64,000 nucleotides of DNA, from NCBI GenBank assembly GCA_964016885.1, contig OZ024742.1, positions 234,670,001-234,734,000 of the forward strand, read 5' to 3'. Made by a program: the position numbers and the translations under genes. This DNA comes from Eledone cirrhosa. Its lineage: Eukaryota. Shown here one piece after another: positions 49,502-61,201 of this stretch (position 1 is its first letter; every line of letters begins with the position of its first letter). A model generated the notes under the pieces. It was not told where the DNA came from. It saw only the letters and a list, made by a program, of their open reading frames with translations, and did no database searches.

Positions 49502-49563
49502 TTTTATTATATATATTTCGAAGGTACTGTGTTGTTTTTTCAGTACATCCTCGTCAGATAAAA
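49502..49563 (-). ncRNA. Minimal type I hammerhead ribozyme motif (left arm of inverted repeat)
   Basis: Minus strand: TTTTAT-CTGACGA-GGATGTACTG...CAGTACCTTC-GAAA-TATATA-TA-ATAAAA. Confidence 0.75.
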
Positions 49564-49656
49564 TACATGAATTGATGTATGACATACCTCAATGGTCTTG
49601 ATGGTTCAATTCCAGTATTGGCAGAATTCAATTCTGCCAATACTGGAATTCATGTA

Positions 49657-49718
49657 TTTTATCTGACGAGGACGTACTGAAAAAACAGCACAGTACCTTC
49701 GAAATATATATAATAAAA
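49657..49718 (+). ncRNA. Minimal type I hammerhead ribozyme motif (right arm of inverted repeat)
   Basis: TTTTAT(49657-62), CTGACGA(49663-69), helix II GGACGTACTG/CAGTACCTTC, GAAA(49701-04), TATATA, TA(49711-12), ATAAAA(49713-18). Confidence 0.78.
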
Positions 49719-49980
49719 CATTTATTTTGATTATGTGAATGTCTTCATTTATTAATATTCTGAATGATATTCATAACTCCAGAAAACTTCATTGTAGAGT
49801 GCTTTTAATCTATTGTAAAACTATATTCATTGAGTAATCAATGAACCATATTAATCTTTGGTTATATATATATATGGCGTTGTTATTTGGTGTTGTTGAA
49901 AAGAGCAGTGGCTTTTGACCTGGCAATAAAAACTGGAGTCAAAATTCTTTCTGTACCAAAACCAAGTCACACACACACAA

Positions 49981-50019
<39 letters not shown>

Positions 50020-50577
50020 CATGCGCATTTATGTGTGTGTGTGGGTGTGTGTGTGTGTATCTATCTATGTATATATATAAGGGATACAGATATTGCTTTC
50101 TCAGTCACCAAGCTTCTCAATTCATTCCTTGCTACTAAGTATTTTATTTTGCTACGAGGTATATTATTTTGCAAGATACTATTTTTCCCCTGAGTTTGTG
50201 ATTTCAGAGAAAGGTAAGAAATTCTTCATATTTTGCATCTTTTGTATTTTGACTTTACAGTTTCAATTGTCTATCCACTCAAAATATTACAACAGCTAAC
50301 AGTGAAATATAGAATTTAAAAAAAAGAAAGCTTTTTCGACTGAGATCAAATCTTTTTCTTTTATTTCAAAAATATATAATTTGAAATAGCTTGCTTTTGT
50401 TTTGGACTGAAACTTTTTTGTATTTAATTCGCACGAGTATTTTTTAAAGATTCTAAGATAACTTGATTTGGCCCAGTAATTTAATGATATCAAAATCAGT
50501 AGTATATTGAAAAATGGAAAAATAGGGTAGGGAGGCGTTTCGTGATTTCGAGGGGCAAAATGGGTTGAGAACCTTTG

Positions 50578-51471
50578 CTATAGATCTTTCCTGCAATCAG
50601 ACCTGGACACAATGCAGCAATGGATCACAGACTGGCAACTCAAGCTGGCTGTGGACAAGTGTACCACCATGCATTTTGAGAGGAAAAACCCAGCATCCAC
50701 ATACTCCTTTCACAACACTAATATCAAGAAGTCTTCTTGTGGACGTGACCTGGGCATTACTGTCAGCAGCAATTTGCGTTGGACGAAGCATGTCTCTAAA
50801 ATTGTCACTCAGCAAGACCTTTGTCAGCCGCTCTCCAGCCATCTATTTAAAGCTGTATATAGCTATGGTGCGGCCACACTTAGAATTTGCATCACCAGTC
50901 TGGAATCCCTATCTTGCTCAGAACATTGACCTCCTGGAAACTGTTCAGAGACATGCAACCAAGCGAATGCCCCCCATCAGGCATCCACCATACTCTGAAC
51001 GCTTTGCTTCCCTGGGAATGGATACATTGAAACTCCGACGTCTGGCAACTGATTTGGCAAACACCCACAAAATTATTAACCATCTTGCCAACAACAACCC
51101 TGAGCACCTTTTTTATTTCCATGTGTCTAACACACGTGGGCATGCCTACAAAGTCAGAAAACAGCACAGCTCCCATGATTTTCGGAAATATTTTTTCACG
51201 CTCAGAGTTGCTGAAGTATGGAACAAACTATCTGCATCAGTTGTTATCTGCCGAGACACTGCATCCTTTAAAACCTCCATGCTTCCTGAAATTCGCCAAC
51301 ATTACACCTGATATCCCCCGTCCATACACACGCACACATTTATATCATGACTCATACACTGTTCATTTTCCTGACATTTGTATGACATTTTATTCTATGT
51401 ACTATACATGCACCTTTGATGAGTTGTAGTGCACCTGAGCACTGTATACAATAATTTCATTATTATTATTA
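50578..51471 (+). mobile_element. CR1-type LINE fragment, 3' part with (ATT)n tail
   Basis: LQSDLD...W, RDLGITV, LYIAMVRPHLEFASPVWNP, TRGHAYK, FFTLRVAEVWNKL. Confidence 0.88.
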
Positions 51472-51572
51472 TGATGGAGTATACTGTAACATACTAAACT
51501 TTGTAAACCACGATATTTTAATTAAGTGAGATGGATCAATCACTATATTAATGTGAGGGTATTTGTACATAA

Positions 51573-52160
51573 TCTACTAATATATAATACTCGTGTATTT
51601 GTCCATCACACGCTAGAGGTGACTGGGGAAGGAAGGGATGATGATAAACTAAGGAAGGAAGGGGTGATAACGTCGACTGAGCAAGGAAAGGGTCTAATAT
51701 TCACTACATCTATGTGTTTCTATATATATAGCGAATTAGTTACACACATTGGCTGTTATGATTGTGTTTGTGTAAATTATATTTATATATAATAATTGCG
51801 TGAGCGTATATGTGTTTGTGTGTGTTTATTTAGAAAGATACATAGACAATAGAATTGCAAACACACATGAATCTACACATATATATAAACGGACACACTT
51901 AGAAAAAGTAATTATTACATACACACACATCTATGTGATGAATGAGGAAGGAGGAGGGTGAGAAACTATAGGAGTCTAGCCCTCTAAGATTCGTCACACT
52001 TGTGTGTGTGTGTGTATGTGTAGCGATTTGGCTACACACATTGCTTGTGTTTGTATCACTTCACGTGAAGGAACCAACCAACGAACAAACATCTCTTTTT
52101 ATTATATTATGTATACATATTATAATTAACCGTCATTTTTGCCGGCACGGAGCCAGCTAG
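51573..52160 (+). mobile_element. Non-autonomous Helitron, family C, followed directly by a second 5' end at 52161
   Basis: A|TCTACTAATATATAA...CCGT...ACGG hairpin...CTAG|TCTACTAATATATT. Confidence 0.6.
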
Positions 52161-52269
52161 TCTACTAATATATTACCCAATGTGTATTTGTCCGTCACGC
52201 AAAAGGAGGTAACTCATCTCTGTATGAGTATATAAATATAAACATATACATAAACAAATACATACAAAA

Positions 52270-52457
52270 TAATTGTTTCTACTTTAGGCAAAAGGCCAGC
52301 AATTATCCAGTTCATTACTGGTACTTTATTTTATCGACCCCGTAAGGATGAAAGGCAAAGTCAACCTCGGCAGGATTTGAACTCAGATCGTAAAGGAACG
52401 TAACTATGCTGGAAAGCATGGCGTCCGACCCTCTAACGATACTGCCAATCCACCGCC
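52270..52457 (-). mobile_element. tRNA-derived SINE
   Basis: Full-length family match. Confidence 0.85.
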
Positions 52458-52925
52458 CAAAATAATGATGACATACACACACATTTATGTGATGAGTGTG
52501 GAAGGGCTGTGACAAAGTATAGAAAACAGCGAACAATGTGTGTGCATGTAATAATTATTTTCTTAAACGAGTCTGTTTCTGTATATGTTTGTATAGTGGT
52601 GTGTCTATGTAATAATTATTTTTAACCAGCGTTCTTAGATTGGCTACACTTGTGTGAGTTTATGTGTGTCTGAGTGTATATGTGTATGTGTTGTCCAAGG
52701 AGTCAAGTCTATAGCAATATCGGAATAAGTTAGAATTATCAAGAATATAAAACGACCGCAGTTGAAAAGTATATACAAATACACATCTATCCTTAATTTA
52801 ACAGTTCATAAAGTATATTTATATTAAGAAACCTAAACTATAAAAAAGCAAGGGCTGCGGGACTGCGTACGGTTTATTTCTTTTAATCCAGTTAGTAAAA
52901 TAAGTTGGATTACTTTGAATAAATA

Positions 52926-53115
52926 ATTGTTTCTACTTTTGGCACAAGGCCAGCAATTGCCCAGTGCATTACTGGTACTTTTATTTTATCGACCCCGTAA
53001 GGATGAAAGGCAAAGTTTACCTCGGCGGGATTTGAACTCAGAATGGCAAGGGCCGTAACTCTATGCGTCAAAGCATGGCGTCCGACCCTCTACCGATACT
53101 GCTAATCCACCGCTC
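52926..53115 (-). mobile_element. tRNA-derived SINE with target-site duplication
   Basis: TTACTTTGAATAAATAA on both sides. Confidence 0.88.
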
Positions 53116-53622
53116 TTACTTTGAATAAATAATGAATGAATATTACATAATTTATGTGCTAAATTTCCTAAACAAATAATTTCATAAAAATAAATAATCT
53201 AAAATTGACTTCTTTTCAAAGTTGCACTTCCGGTATATCGTCGCCACCACCACCACTTCTACTACCATATATATAGAAAGAGAGAGTGTGTGATGAGAGA
53301 GATAGAGAGATTATGATTTTCTACACTCTGACGGGTATGAGTGTGCACATACATACATCTATATGTATGAGTATATAACTATAATGGCGCAAACACAAAC
53401 TTATAAAAATACACACTCACGGACATAATTCACATAAATACACATACATTCACACAAACATACATACATGCACACATATACATTTACACAAACACACACA
53501 TACAGTCAGGATAGCGTTCGGTTTAATTGGAAATGGGAGCGTAAAACAAGTATAACGTTTTTTTATTTATTAACTCTTTATTTATTAACTCATTTAATAT
53601 AACTAGCAGAAAAACCACCCTT

Positions 53623-54070
53623 CAGGTGCTTTTCTGCTAGCATGTATAGTGTGTATATTGATATTATACGCAAGTATATATGATACATCAAATAAAACCG
53701 TAATTGACAATATACAGAGAAATTGAACGACGGCTGTGTTACACCGTCTTATGTAATCAGTAACGTAATCCATGATACATTAAAAAAATACGATATTATA
53801 TATAAACTGCATTAGGAGAAAATTAGTGACAGAAATATATGAATATTTATTTAAACGATCGCTAACCGGAAGTGTTGACATTTGAAAATGTTAAAGAAGT
53901 GAATCTTTAAATAAGTAATAAAATATATTTAATGAACAGCCACGAAATTTAGTAGATAAATTATGTAATCATTCATTATTTATTCCAAGTAATCCAACTT
54001 ATATTACTAAGAGGATAAAAAATTATAAACCGTACGCAGTCCCACGCTTCTTACTTTATTATAGTTTTTA
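53623..54070 (-). mobile_element. Helitron family B copy in inverted orientation
   Basis: Reverse complement of ~44170-44890, including the terminal hairpin and CTAG. Confidence 0.6.
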
Positions 54071-54519
54071 GTTAAGCACTGTTGTACGCCCATTCATTAG
54101 ATATATATAAATGTAATAGCATATAAATTATGTTTGATGCAGACACACACACACTTATATATATATATACACACACACAAATCGTCTTCCGAAGTTAGTG
54201 AAAGGGTTTTATTTACAGTACAAAAAGGGTTTTATTTACAGTATTAACAATTGTTTTAAATATATACATAAATAATATTACAAATGCTTAGATAACATTA
54301 TAAATTGCTCGCGATTCTTTCAGAAGGATATATTCTTTTAATGTTGCAATATTAAAGAAAATGTAAAGGAAGGGGTGAACAACTGAGCCAAAACCAGAGC
54401 AAAAGACAGCAGCGTTGCGAGGAGTACCGGGCAACCTCCTAATGATTTTTGAGGCATGCCAGGACACTCGCAGCGAGGCAAATGCGCTGGAACAACCAAG
54501 CGCACTCGCGAGATTCGCC

Positions 54520-56070
54520 AGTTACCTCTAATGTTTTCAACTCCGTCAGCCGCGACGTCGTCCTCGGCTCAGTAAGAGAGAGTGTCCCACAACTCTACCA
54601 CTTTGCTTGGCAGGCTTATCGGGAGCCCTCCTACCTCTCTTTCGGTGACCGATTCATCACCTCTGCCTCAGGAGTCCAACAGGGTGACCCACTCAGTTTG
54701 CAATGGGCATTGATGACGTCACCAAGATGGGGGTTGAGTTGGACCTCAATGTCTGGTATCTCGACGACGCTTGTTTGCGGGGGGGGGGGGGGACTCCGGA
54801 TATGGTTCTCGCCACTGCCAACAAAATGGTTGAGGAGCTTGGCCGCCGGGGTCTCCAGGTCAATAGCTCCAAATCCGAACTCTGGATCCTCAACCACCCG
54901 GCTTCTCAACACCAACAGCTAATCAACCTGTTTGCAGAGTCCTTCCCTTCCATCGTGGTCCCTCCCTTGTCGGCTTGGTGCTCCTTAGGAGCCCCAATCA
55001 CAGACCTTGCCTTCGAGTCAATCTTCCAATCGAAGATGGTTGGCCTTGAACAGCTGCTGAAAATATTGAAGTTATCGAACCCCATCAAGGTTTTTTCATA
55101 CTCAGGAACTACCTGTCTATTCCTAAGCTTCTATATATGCTCAGGGTCAGCCCCTCTCACAGATTTCCGTCCTGCCTCCAACACTTCGACGACCTAATCT
55201 TCGAGAGACTCGAGTGCCTGGTCAATGTTAGACTCTCTCCAGAGTCCCGCGATCAGGCTGCGTTGCCCAAGCGATTTGGGGGTCTTGGTCTTCGTAAGTG
55301 TTCGTCCCTCTCTCCTCCCTGCTTCCTTTCCTCCACCCACGCTTGGTCCACCCTGGTGAGCAGCATCCTCTCCTCTCCAACATGGACTAGTTCCAACAGG
55401 GAGTTGGGTGAAGCTCTTCAACAATGGAGTGAGTTGGGCTTGTCTCTTCCTGAGAAGGTGGAGGACAGTCGAAATCAGAGAACTTGCGACAGCATAAGTT
55501 CGAAGGCCACCTTCGACTCCCTCTTCGTCCAGTCGGATCAGTTTGCAAGGTGCCGCTTACTATCTGCCAGCGCCAAATACTCAGGCGACTAGGTTGAAGC
55601 CCTACCCGTGGCCAACGTTGGTGGCCTACTCAGCCTGGACGAACTTCGTGTCTCCATCGCCCTCAGAGTGGGAGCTGACGTCTGCATGGGTTTGAGGTAC
55701 CAATACGGCAAACTCCTCGACTCCACGGTCTTTCTTGCCGCCTGAATGCCGGCCGCTTCGCGCGTCACACGGCGCTAAACCTCAGTCTCAAGAGAGCTTT
55801 GGCCCGGGCAAACACCCCCCCCCCCCCAATCTTAGAACCATCTAACCATGACGGCAAAAGAACTGACGGCCTTACCCTGTTCCCCTGGTCGAGAGGCATG
55901 TGCCTTGTCTGGGATGTCACTGTTAGTGACTCTTTTGCTTCTTCCCACATCCTGGATGCTGCGGTTAGGACGAGAGCCACAGCGGAGCGGAGTAAGACCC
56001 TCAAATACTCTGATCTGTCGGCCAGCTACATTTTTCAGCCTGTGGTTTTCGAGACGTTTGGGAGAGTTAT
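54520..56070 (+). mobile_element. Degenerate CRE-type (restriction-like endonuclease) non-LTR retrotransposon
   Basis: SNVFNSVSR, GVQQGDPL, WYLDD, LPKRFGGLGLR, KRTDGLTLFPW, WDVTV, K..KY and FETFG, spread over frameshifted ORFs. Confidence 0.8.
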
Positions 56071-56711
56071 AAAGTATAATGGAACAACAAGGAAACTTCT
56101 TGTAGTCACTCAATAGTTATGTTCCTCAAATAATAATAAAATTAAGTTCTACATAACTTTAAAAAGTCATGATTATCTCAGCTTAAGATCTCTTGATCAC
56201 AGATCTTCACAATCAGGGCTCACCACATAGATTTATAGGAATAGGAATGAGATAATGTGTCTTTCATGATTTGATAAAGATCTTTTGGTGGAGCCAGTGG
56301 AGAACTCGAAACCGGCCACCAATTCATCTGACCAGGGCTAGTGGTGATTGCTTGAAAAATAACCTGACTTAGAAGAAATATCGTAATATCACGTAAGTAT
56401 AAGTTCAGACAAACTTTCAATCGTCTATATTAGTAATCAGCCAATTTTCTTCATTACATTAACCCATCCCCCTTTTTTTTTTAGTTAAAATCTTCAAGTT
56501 GTTAGTGCTGGTAGGCTTCGAAACCACAGTAATAGGATTGCAGATATAAAATGTTTTCATCGAATCAGAACCAATCAATCAAACAATAATTGACTATTCC
56601 GGACTATTTCGTTTGGTAATTTTTCTTCTATAAAGTCACAACGAGAAAATAATGAAAACAGTCGTAATACAAGCTAGTTAAGAAGAAATTGAACGGATTT
56701 TTTGTTCAGTA

Positions 56712-57659
56712 ATGGCGGTTAATATGGAGGCAAAGAAATATCGCAAGTTGTTCGTTGGAGGCTTGAGTCGAGAAACAAATGAAATTTCGTTGAAGACTTA
56801 CTTTGAACAATGGAGTAAAGTGGTTGACTGCGTTGTTGTTAGAAATCCAGCAACAGGTGTGTCAAAAGGTTTCGGTTTTCTTGTGTTTAAGGAAGCTTCA
56901 ACTATAGATGAAATTCAATCCAACCGCCCTCACATCATAGATAATCGTTGTGTCGAAACTAGGAGAGCAATGCCCTATTATAAGAATCCCGGTGAACTAC
57001 GAAACATCATGGAAATTTATGTTGGAAGATTTAGCAAAGACTGTCGCGAAGAAGATATCATGAATGGTTTTTCCATCTACGGTAGGGTAAAAAAACTGGA
57101 GTGGGTTATAAATAATGTTGGTAAATATAACGGTTTTGTTTTTCTGTGCTTTGATGATATTGACTCTGTGGACAAATGTGTTTTGCACAGTAGAATTCGA
57201 ATAAACGGAAGGCAAGTTACTGTCACCCGAGCGACAAGGCATAAGATGCATTCTGAACAAAACCCACCCAAACGTCCTATGGCCCTTCCTTCGACTTTTC
57301 TTCAACCTTATTACCAGCCGTATGTTTCATATAATTTGTGTTCCTCTACGAATAATGAAGATTTAAATGACCCTAGTTTGCAAAACCAATCTCAACCAGC
57401 AGAGAACTATGTTCAATCCTATCCCCCACCAGTGGGTAACTATATACCCGAAACGGACAGTACACAATCTATTCCTTATCAACCATTGTTCTATCCACAA
57501 AATTTCTTTTATTTAACTCCTCAAATTCCATTTGCCGCTGAACCATATAATCAATATTATGACTGCAATACTGAGCAGCAAGAATATACTGCGAATGGCC
57601 ATTACGGCATTAACTGGAACAATACTTTTGCAGATGATCCATTAATTAATAGAGCATAA
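56712..57659 (+). CDS. Intronless hnRNP A/B-like protein with two RRMs and a P/Y/Q/N-rich tail (315 aa); probable retrogene
   Basis: RRM1 KLFVGGL...SKGFGFLVF...RPHIIDNRCVETRRA; RRM2 EIYVG...GFVFLCFDDIDSVDK; unbroken ORF. Confidence 0.85.
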   Translation: MAVNMEAKKYRKLFVGGLSRETNEISLKTYFEQWSKVVDCVVVRNPATGVSKGFGFLVFKEASTIDEIQSNRPHIIDNRCVETRRAMPYYKNPGELRNIMEIYVGRFSKDCREEDIMNGFSIYGRVKKLEWVINNVGKYNGFVFLCFDDIDSVDKCVLHSRIRINGRQVTVTRATRHKMHSEQNPPKRPMALPSTFLQPYYQPYVSYNLCSSTNNEDLNDPSLQNQSQPAENYVQSYPPPVGNYIPETDSTQSIPYQPLFYPQNFFYLTPQIPFAAEPYNQYYDCNTEQQEYTANGHYGINWNNTFADDPLINRA

Positions 57660-58160
57660 TATTTGTCGATTTATATCGAGAACATTTTTAACGCTATTTT
57701 AGACACCGGTTTTAAACTCAAAAGATCATACGCTTTGTATAACTTGTGCACCTATTAACCATAACATTTCGGCGTGAAACTTATTTTACAGCAACGAAAT
57801 TATACTTACAAGAAAACGGGTCTCTTTACTTTTTTAGTAATTCTTCATCGATTTATTTTTATTTGCTGACAAAGAGTAAAAATTACTCCTATATAAATCT
57901 CAGAATCGATAAACTGATTATCACCATTATCACTCTATTACTGCTAATAGCTACACTTCATCATTACAAACAACTTCATTAAATATCTAAATTTCTTCAG
58001 CTTGGGATGGTTCAAAGTATTCTAGTAAAACGAGTATTTTGTCAAAGGGAACAAAGGCGGGTTGGTTAACCGAGTTTCTGCCATAAACATAATATTTTAT
58101 CGGGGGATCCGACCAGTAAACTCTAATTTAATTTGATATTTGTTAGCGATTTAGAAAATT

Positions 58161-58201
<41 letters not shown>

Positions 58202-58439
58202 GTAGGTAAATGCTTTGATATTGTAAATTGTTGGTTTCAATATTTACAACGAACCTTAACAATATAGTCTGAGTTGGACGAAACCACGATTTGTATATAA
58301 AAAAAAAATTAATTTTATGTAATGAACGCTGGGTTTTTTAAAAACTTTTAAAAATTATTGTTTTTGTATTTTGAAACTTGCCTTCCTTCCCTAAAATTTA
58401 GCTAAGTTTCAATGCTACCTATTTGAATTTTTATGAAGA

Positions 58440-59340
58440 TATATAATTATAGGGAAACCAGTTACAGTGGAGGTACTGAAAGTGTTGTAACCAGAGTAAG
58501 AATTGGTAGGAAGAAGTTCAGAGAATTGTTGGCAACTGTGTGTGTGTGTGTGTGTGTCATGGGCCGTGAGTACAAAAAGATCTGCAGAGGTTACAAAGAA
58601 ATGAAATATGCATGCTTGGCTGGATGTTAGTGTACATGAACGACAGAGCACAAGTGAACTCAAAAGCTGAGAATAAAAGGAATTGAATGTAGGGGTGCAA
58701 GAGACGATCGTGTTGGTAGCAATGTGATGTGTAAGAAAGACGAAAGTTGTATAAAAAGTGGTGAGCGCTTAAAGTGGATGGAATCTGTAAAGGATAATTA
58801 AGGATGACGGAATAAACTTGTGACAAATGAATTCAAGAAACTGAACCTCGCGAATGTGATGACACAAGACCGATTTGACTAGTGATATGCCATAATACAA
58901 AATGCGCTGCACCAGTACAAACACTACACTAAATGTAAAAGCAAATGTGGTGGGAGACCGGAGACAAAGAAGGGTTTGAGAGGACTCTTCTGTCTAGCTG
59001 AACATGTGACATCTCTAGTGCTGGTATCATGACACAGGCAGTACACTCGATAAAGTGGTGATCAAGGTCGGCTTAAGTCTTCAGACCCTCCCAAATAGTC
59101 AGCAGATTTTTTTTTTTTTCCAAATATATTTAATTTGAATTGTTTTCACTTGGTGCCTTAAACTTGTGCTTATTTTGCTTAATGGCGAATCCAGCCCTGC
59201 TGGTGCCACAAAAAAAAAACATCCATCGTATAATCATGCTAAATGTAGAATGTATGAACAAGATGATGTCGCTCCGACACATCTAGTTTTGGACCTTACA
59301 ACCCATGTTAGTCTGGAACGCGGACGTAAAATGATAGTTT
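58440..59340 (+). mobile_element. Highly decayed RTE LINE 3' fragment
   Basis: ESVVTRVRIGRKKFRELL; terminal CCCATGTTAGTCTGGAACGCGGACGTAAAATGAT. Confidence 0.65.
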
Positions 59341-60510
59341 TAAGCAATTTGTCTTGCTGGCCTTGTGCCTAAACCAGTAGTCCCGTCGAGGTTAGCTTTG
59401 CCTTTCATCCTAACGAGGTCGATAAAATAAAGAACCAATAATGCACTGGGGTCGATCTTCCCCTTGCTCCCCCCCCCCCCCCAATTGCTGGCCTATCGCG
59501 ATGAAAGTTTTGACCATCTCTTAATTCACATTGTACATAATCTTATTAATGCACTTTGAAAATGGCGCATAAAACAGCTACAACTGACCCGATTAGCCAA
59601 GTTTATCTGCCCCAATTTCCCGAATTCAGAAATTCATTACGTGTTTTTGAAATTATTTACATATATACAACCTCATCTACCAATGTCTCGGTGTTTACAC
59701 CAGCAAAATACCGCTATAGAAAGTAATGAAAACAAAATTTATCACATTAAACTTGAAATTACTGGAACGCAGCTAAAACCGACAAAGTTGGACTTTAGTT
59801 AGTAAACAATACAAACTATTTGACATAAACTGAGTAGTGGAGTCAAGCTAAAGTGGTACATATATAATTTAGATGTAGTACTGCACGCAAAACTGACGTT
59901 CGATTAAGGTTCAAACACTTGGATTTTTTTAATGATAAATAACGTTAAATTTTTACAATTACAAGTCTCGTTTTGATGAAATTTATAAGTTCGGGGCTTC
60001 TTTTTTTTTTTTTTTTTTTTTTTTTGAAAAAATATGACATTGAAAAATCGTCGGAAATTATTATGGCCTTGAAAACCGACGCCCTCCTCCCCAATTAACT
60101 AAAACAATTTCCGTGAAGGCTGTGTTCGTTCAAAAATTAAAACGGGAAAAAATATAAATTTCACCACCCAATGCGAGACGGGTGTAATTACAAAAAGTTA
60201 GGCACTACAACGTATTGGCTGTCAGAAGTGAAAGTAGAAATGTGACGTCATTCGTCAACCTTCGTTTATTTCCGTATCACCACGCGTTTATTTATGTTCA
60301 TTTACGTTTAGCGTATTCGATTTGTTTTCAAATGAAAATATATTTATTTCTCTCTGTGGTGAACGCATGATGGAAGTAGCGAAAAAAAATGTCAGATGGA
60401 ATTATCTGGTCACGTGGAAGGCCATGTAGATAAATGGTGTCTATTAGAAAAGGCACATTTCTAGAAAATAGTAAATTGAAGTGTCAACAAATAATTGACA
60501 TATTGTATTA

Positions 60511-61138
60511 TTGGGAAAAGATTTAGCCAAGGGGATTTCACAGGAATGTCGTATCGCGAATGTAGCCGAAGCAGATTGGCGAAATTTTTGCCGTGACGTA
60601 TGTGCAGAATATTATGTGGCACAAAACATTAAGCTTGGCGGGCCAAACCGAATTGTCGAGATTGACGAAAGCGCCTTCGTGAGAAGGAAATACAATGTTG
60701 ACCATCAGGTTAAAACAGTGGGTCTTTGGTGCTTTGGAGAGATATATCAGATGTTTTTTAGTGGCAGTGAAAGACCGGATAGCAGACATGCTTTTAGCCA
60801 TTATACAAGATCGTATATTGCCTGGTACGACAATAATTTCTGACCTCTGGCGCTCCTATAATACGATCAATCAGCTAGGCTATCAACATTTGACTGTAAA
60901 CCATTCCATCAATTTTGTTGATCCTGTAACATTTGCCACAACTAACCACATAGAATGCTTGTGGAAACATGTAAAGAATAGGAATAAAAGGGAAAACGGA
61001 ACGACCAGAAATTTGCTTCAATCCCAACTAATTGAATTCATGTGGCGGTATGACTTTAAGCGTGAAATTTTCCAAAAATTATTGGAACATTCGTCATCTG
61101 TATCCATGCTTTTGAAACATTTCTTCATAAATGTATAA
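60511..61138 (+). pseudogene. Frameshifted Merlin DDE transposase of the outer element
   Basis: IVEIDES...RKYN, WVFG, ISDLWRSY, HLTVNHSINFVDP, TNHIECLW. Confidence 0.85.
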
Positions 61139-61201
61139 AGTTGGTGGAAAAAATTTGATAACCATGAGTATGAAAATATAAATGAACATATATTTATTTA
61201 T

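Larger units (their letters stand above)
46612..50577. mobile_element. Non-autonomous hAT (Buster/Charlie-like) DNA transposon with nested content
   Basis: 13-bp TIR CAAAGGTTCTCAA / TTGAGAACCTTTG; 8-bp TSD CTATAGAT (46604-46611 and 50578-50585) with central TA. Confidence 0.88.

Noticed and set aside
58165-58197. Long poly(T) as the retrogene's poly(A) remnant
   Set aside because: Wrong strand for a plus-strand retrocopy.
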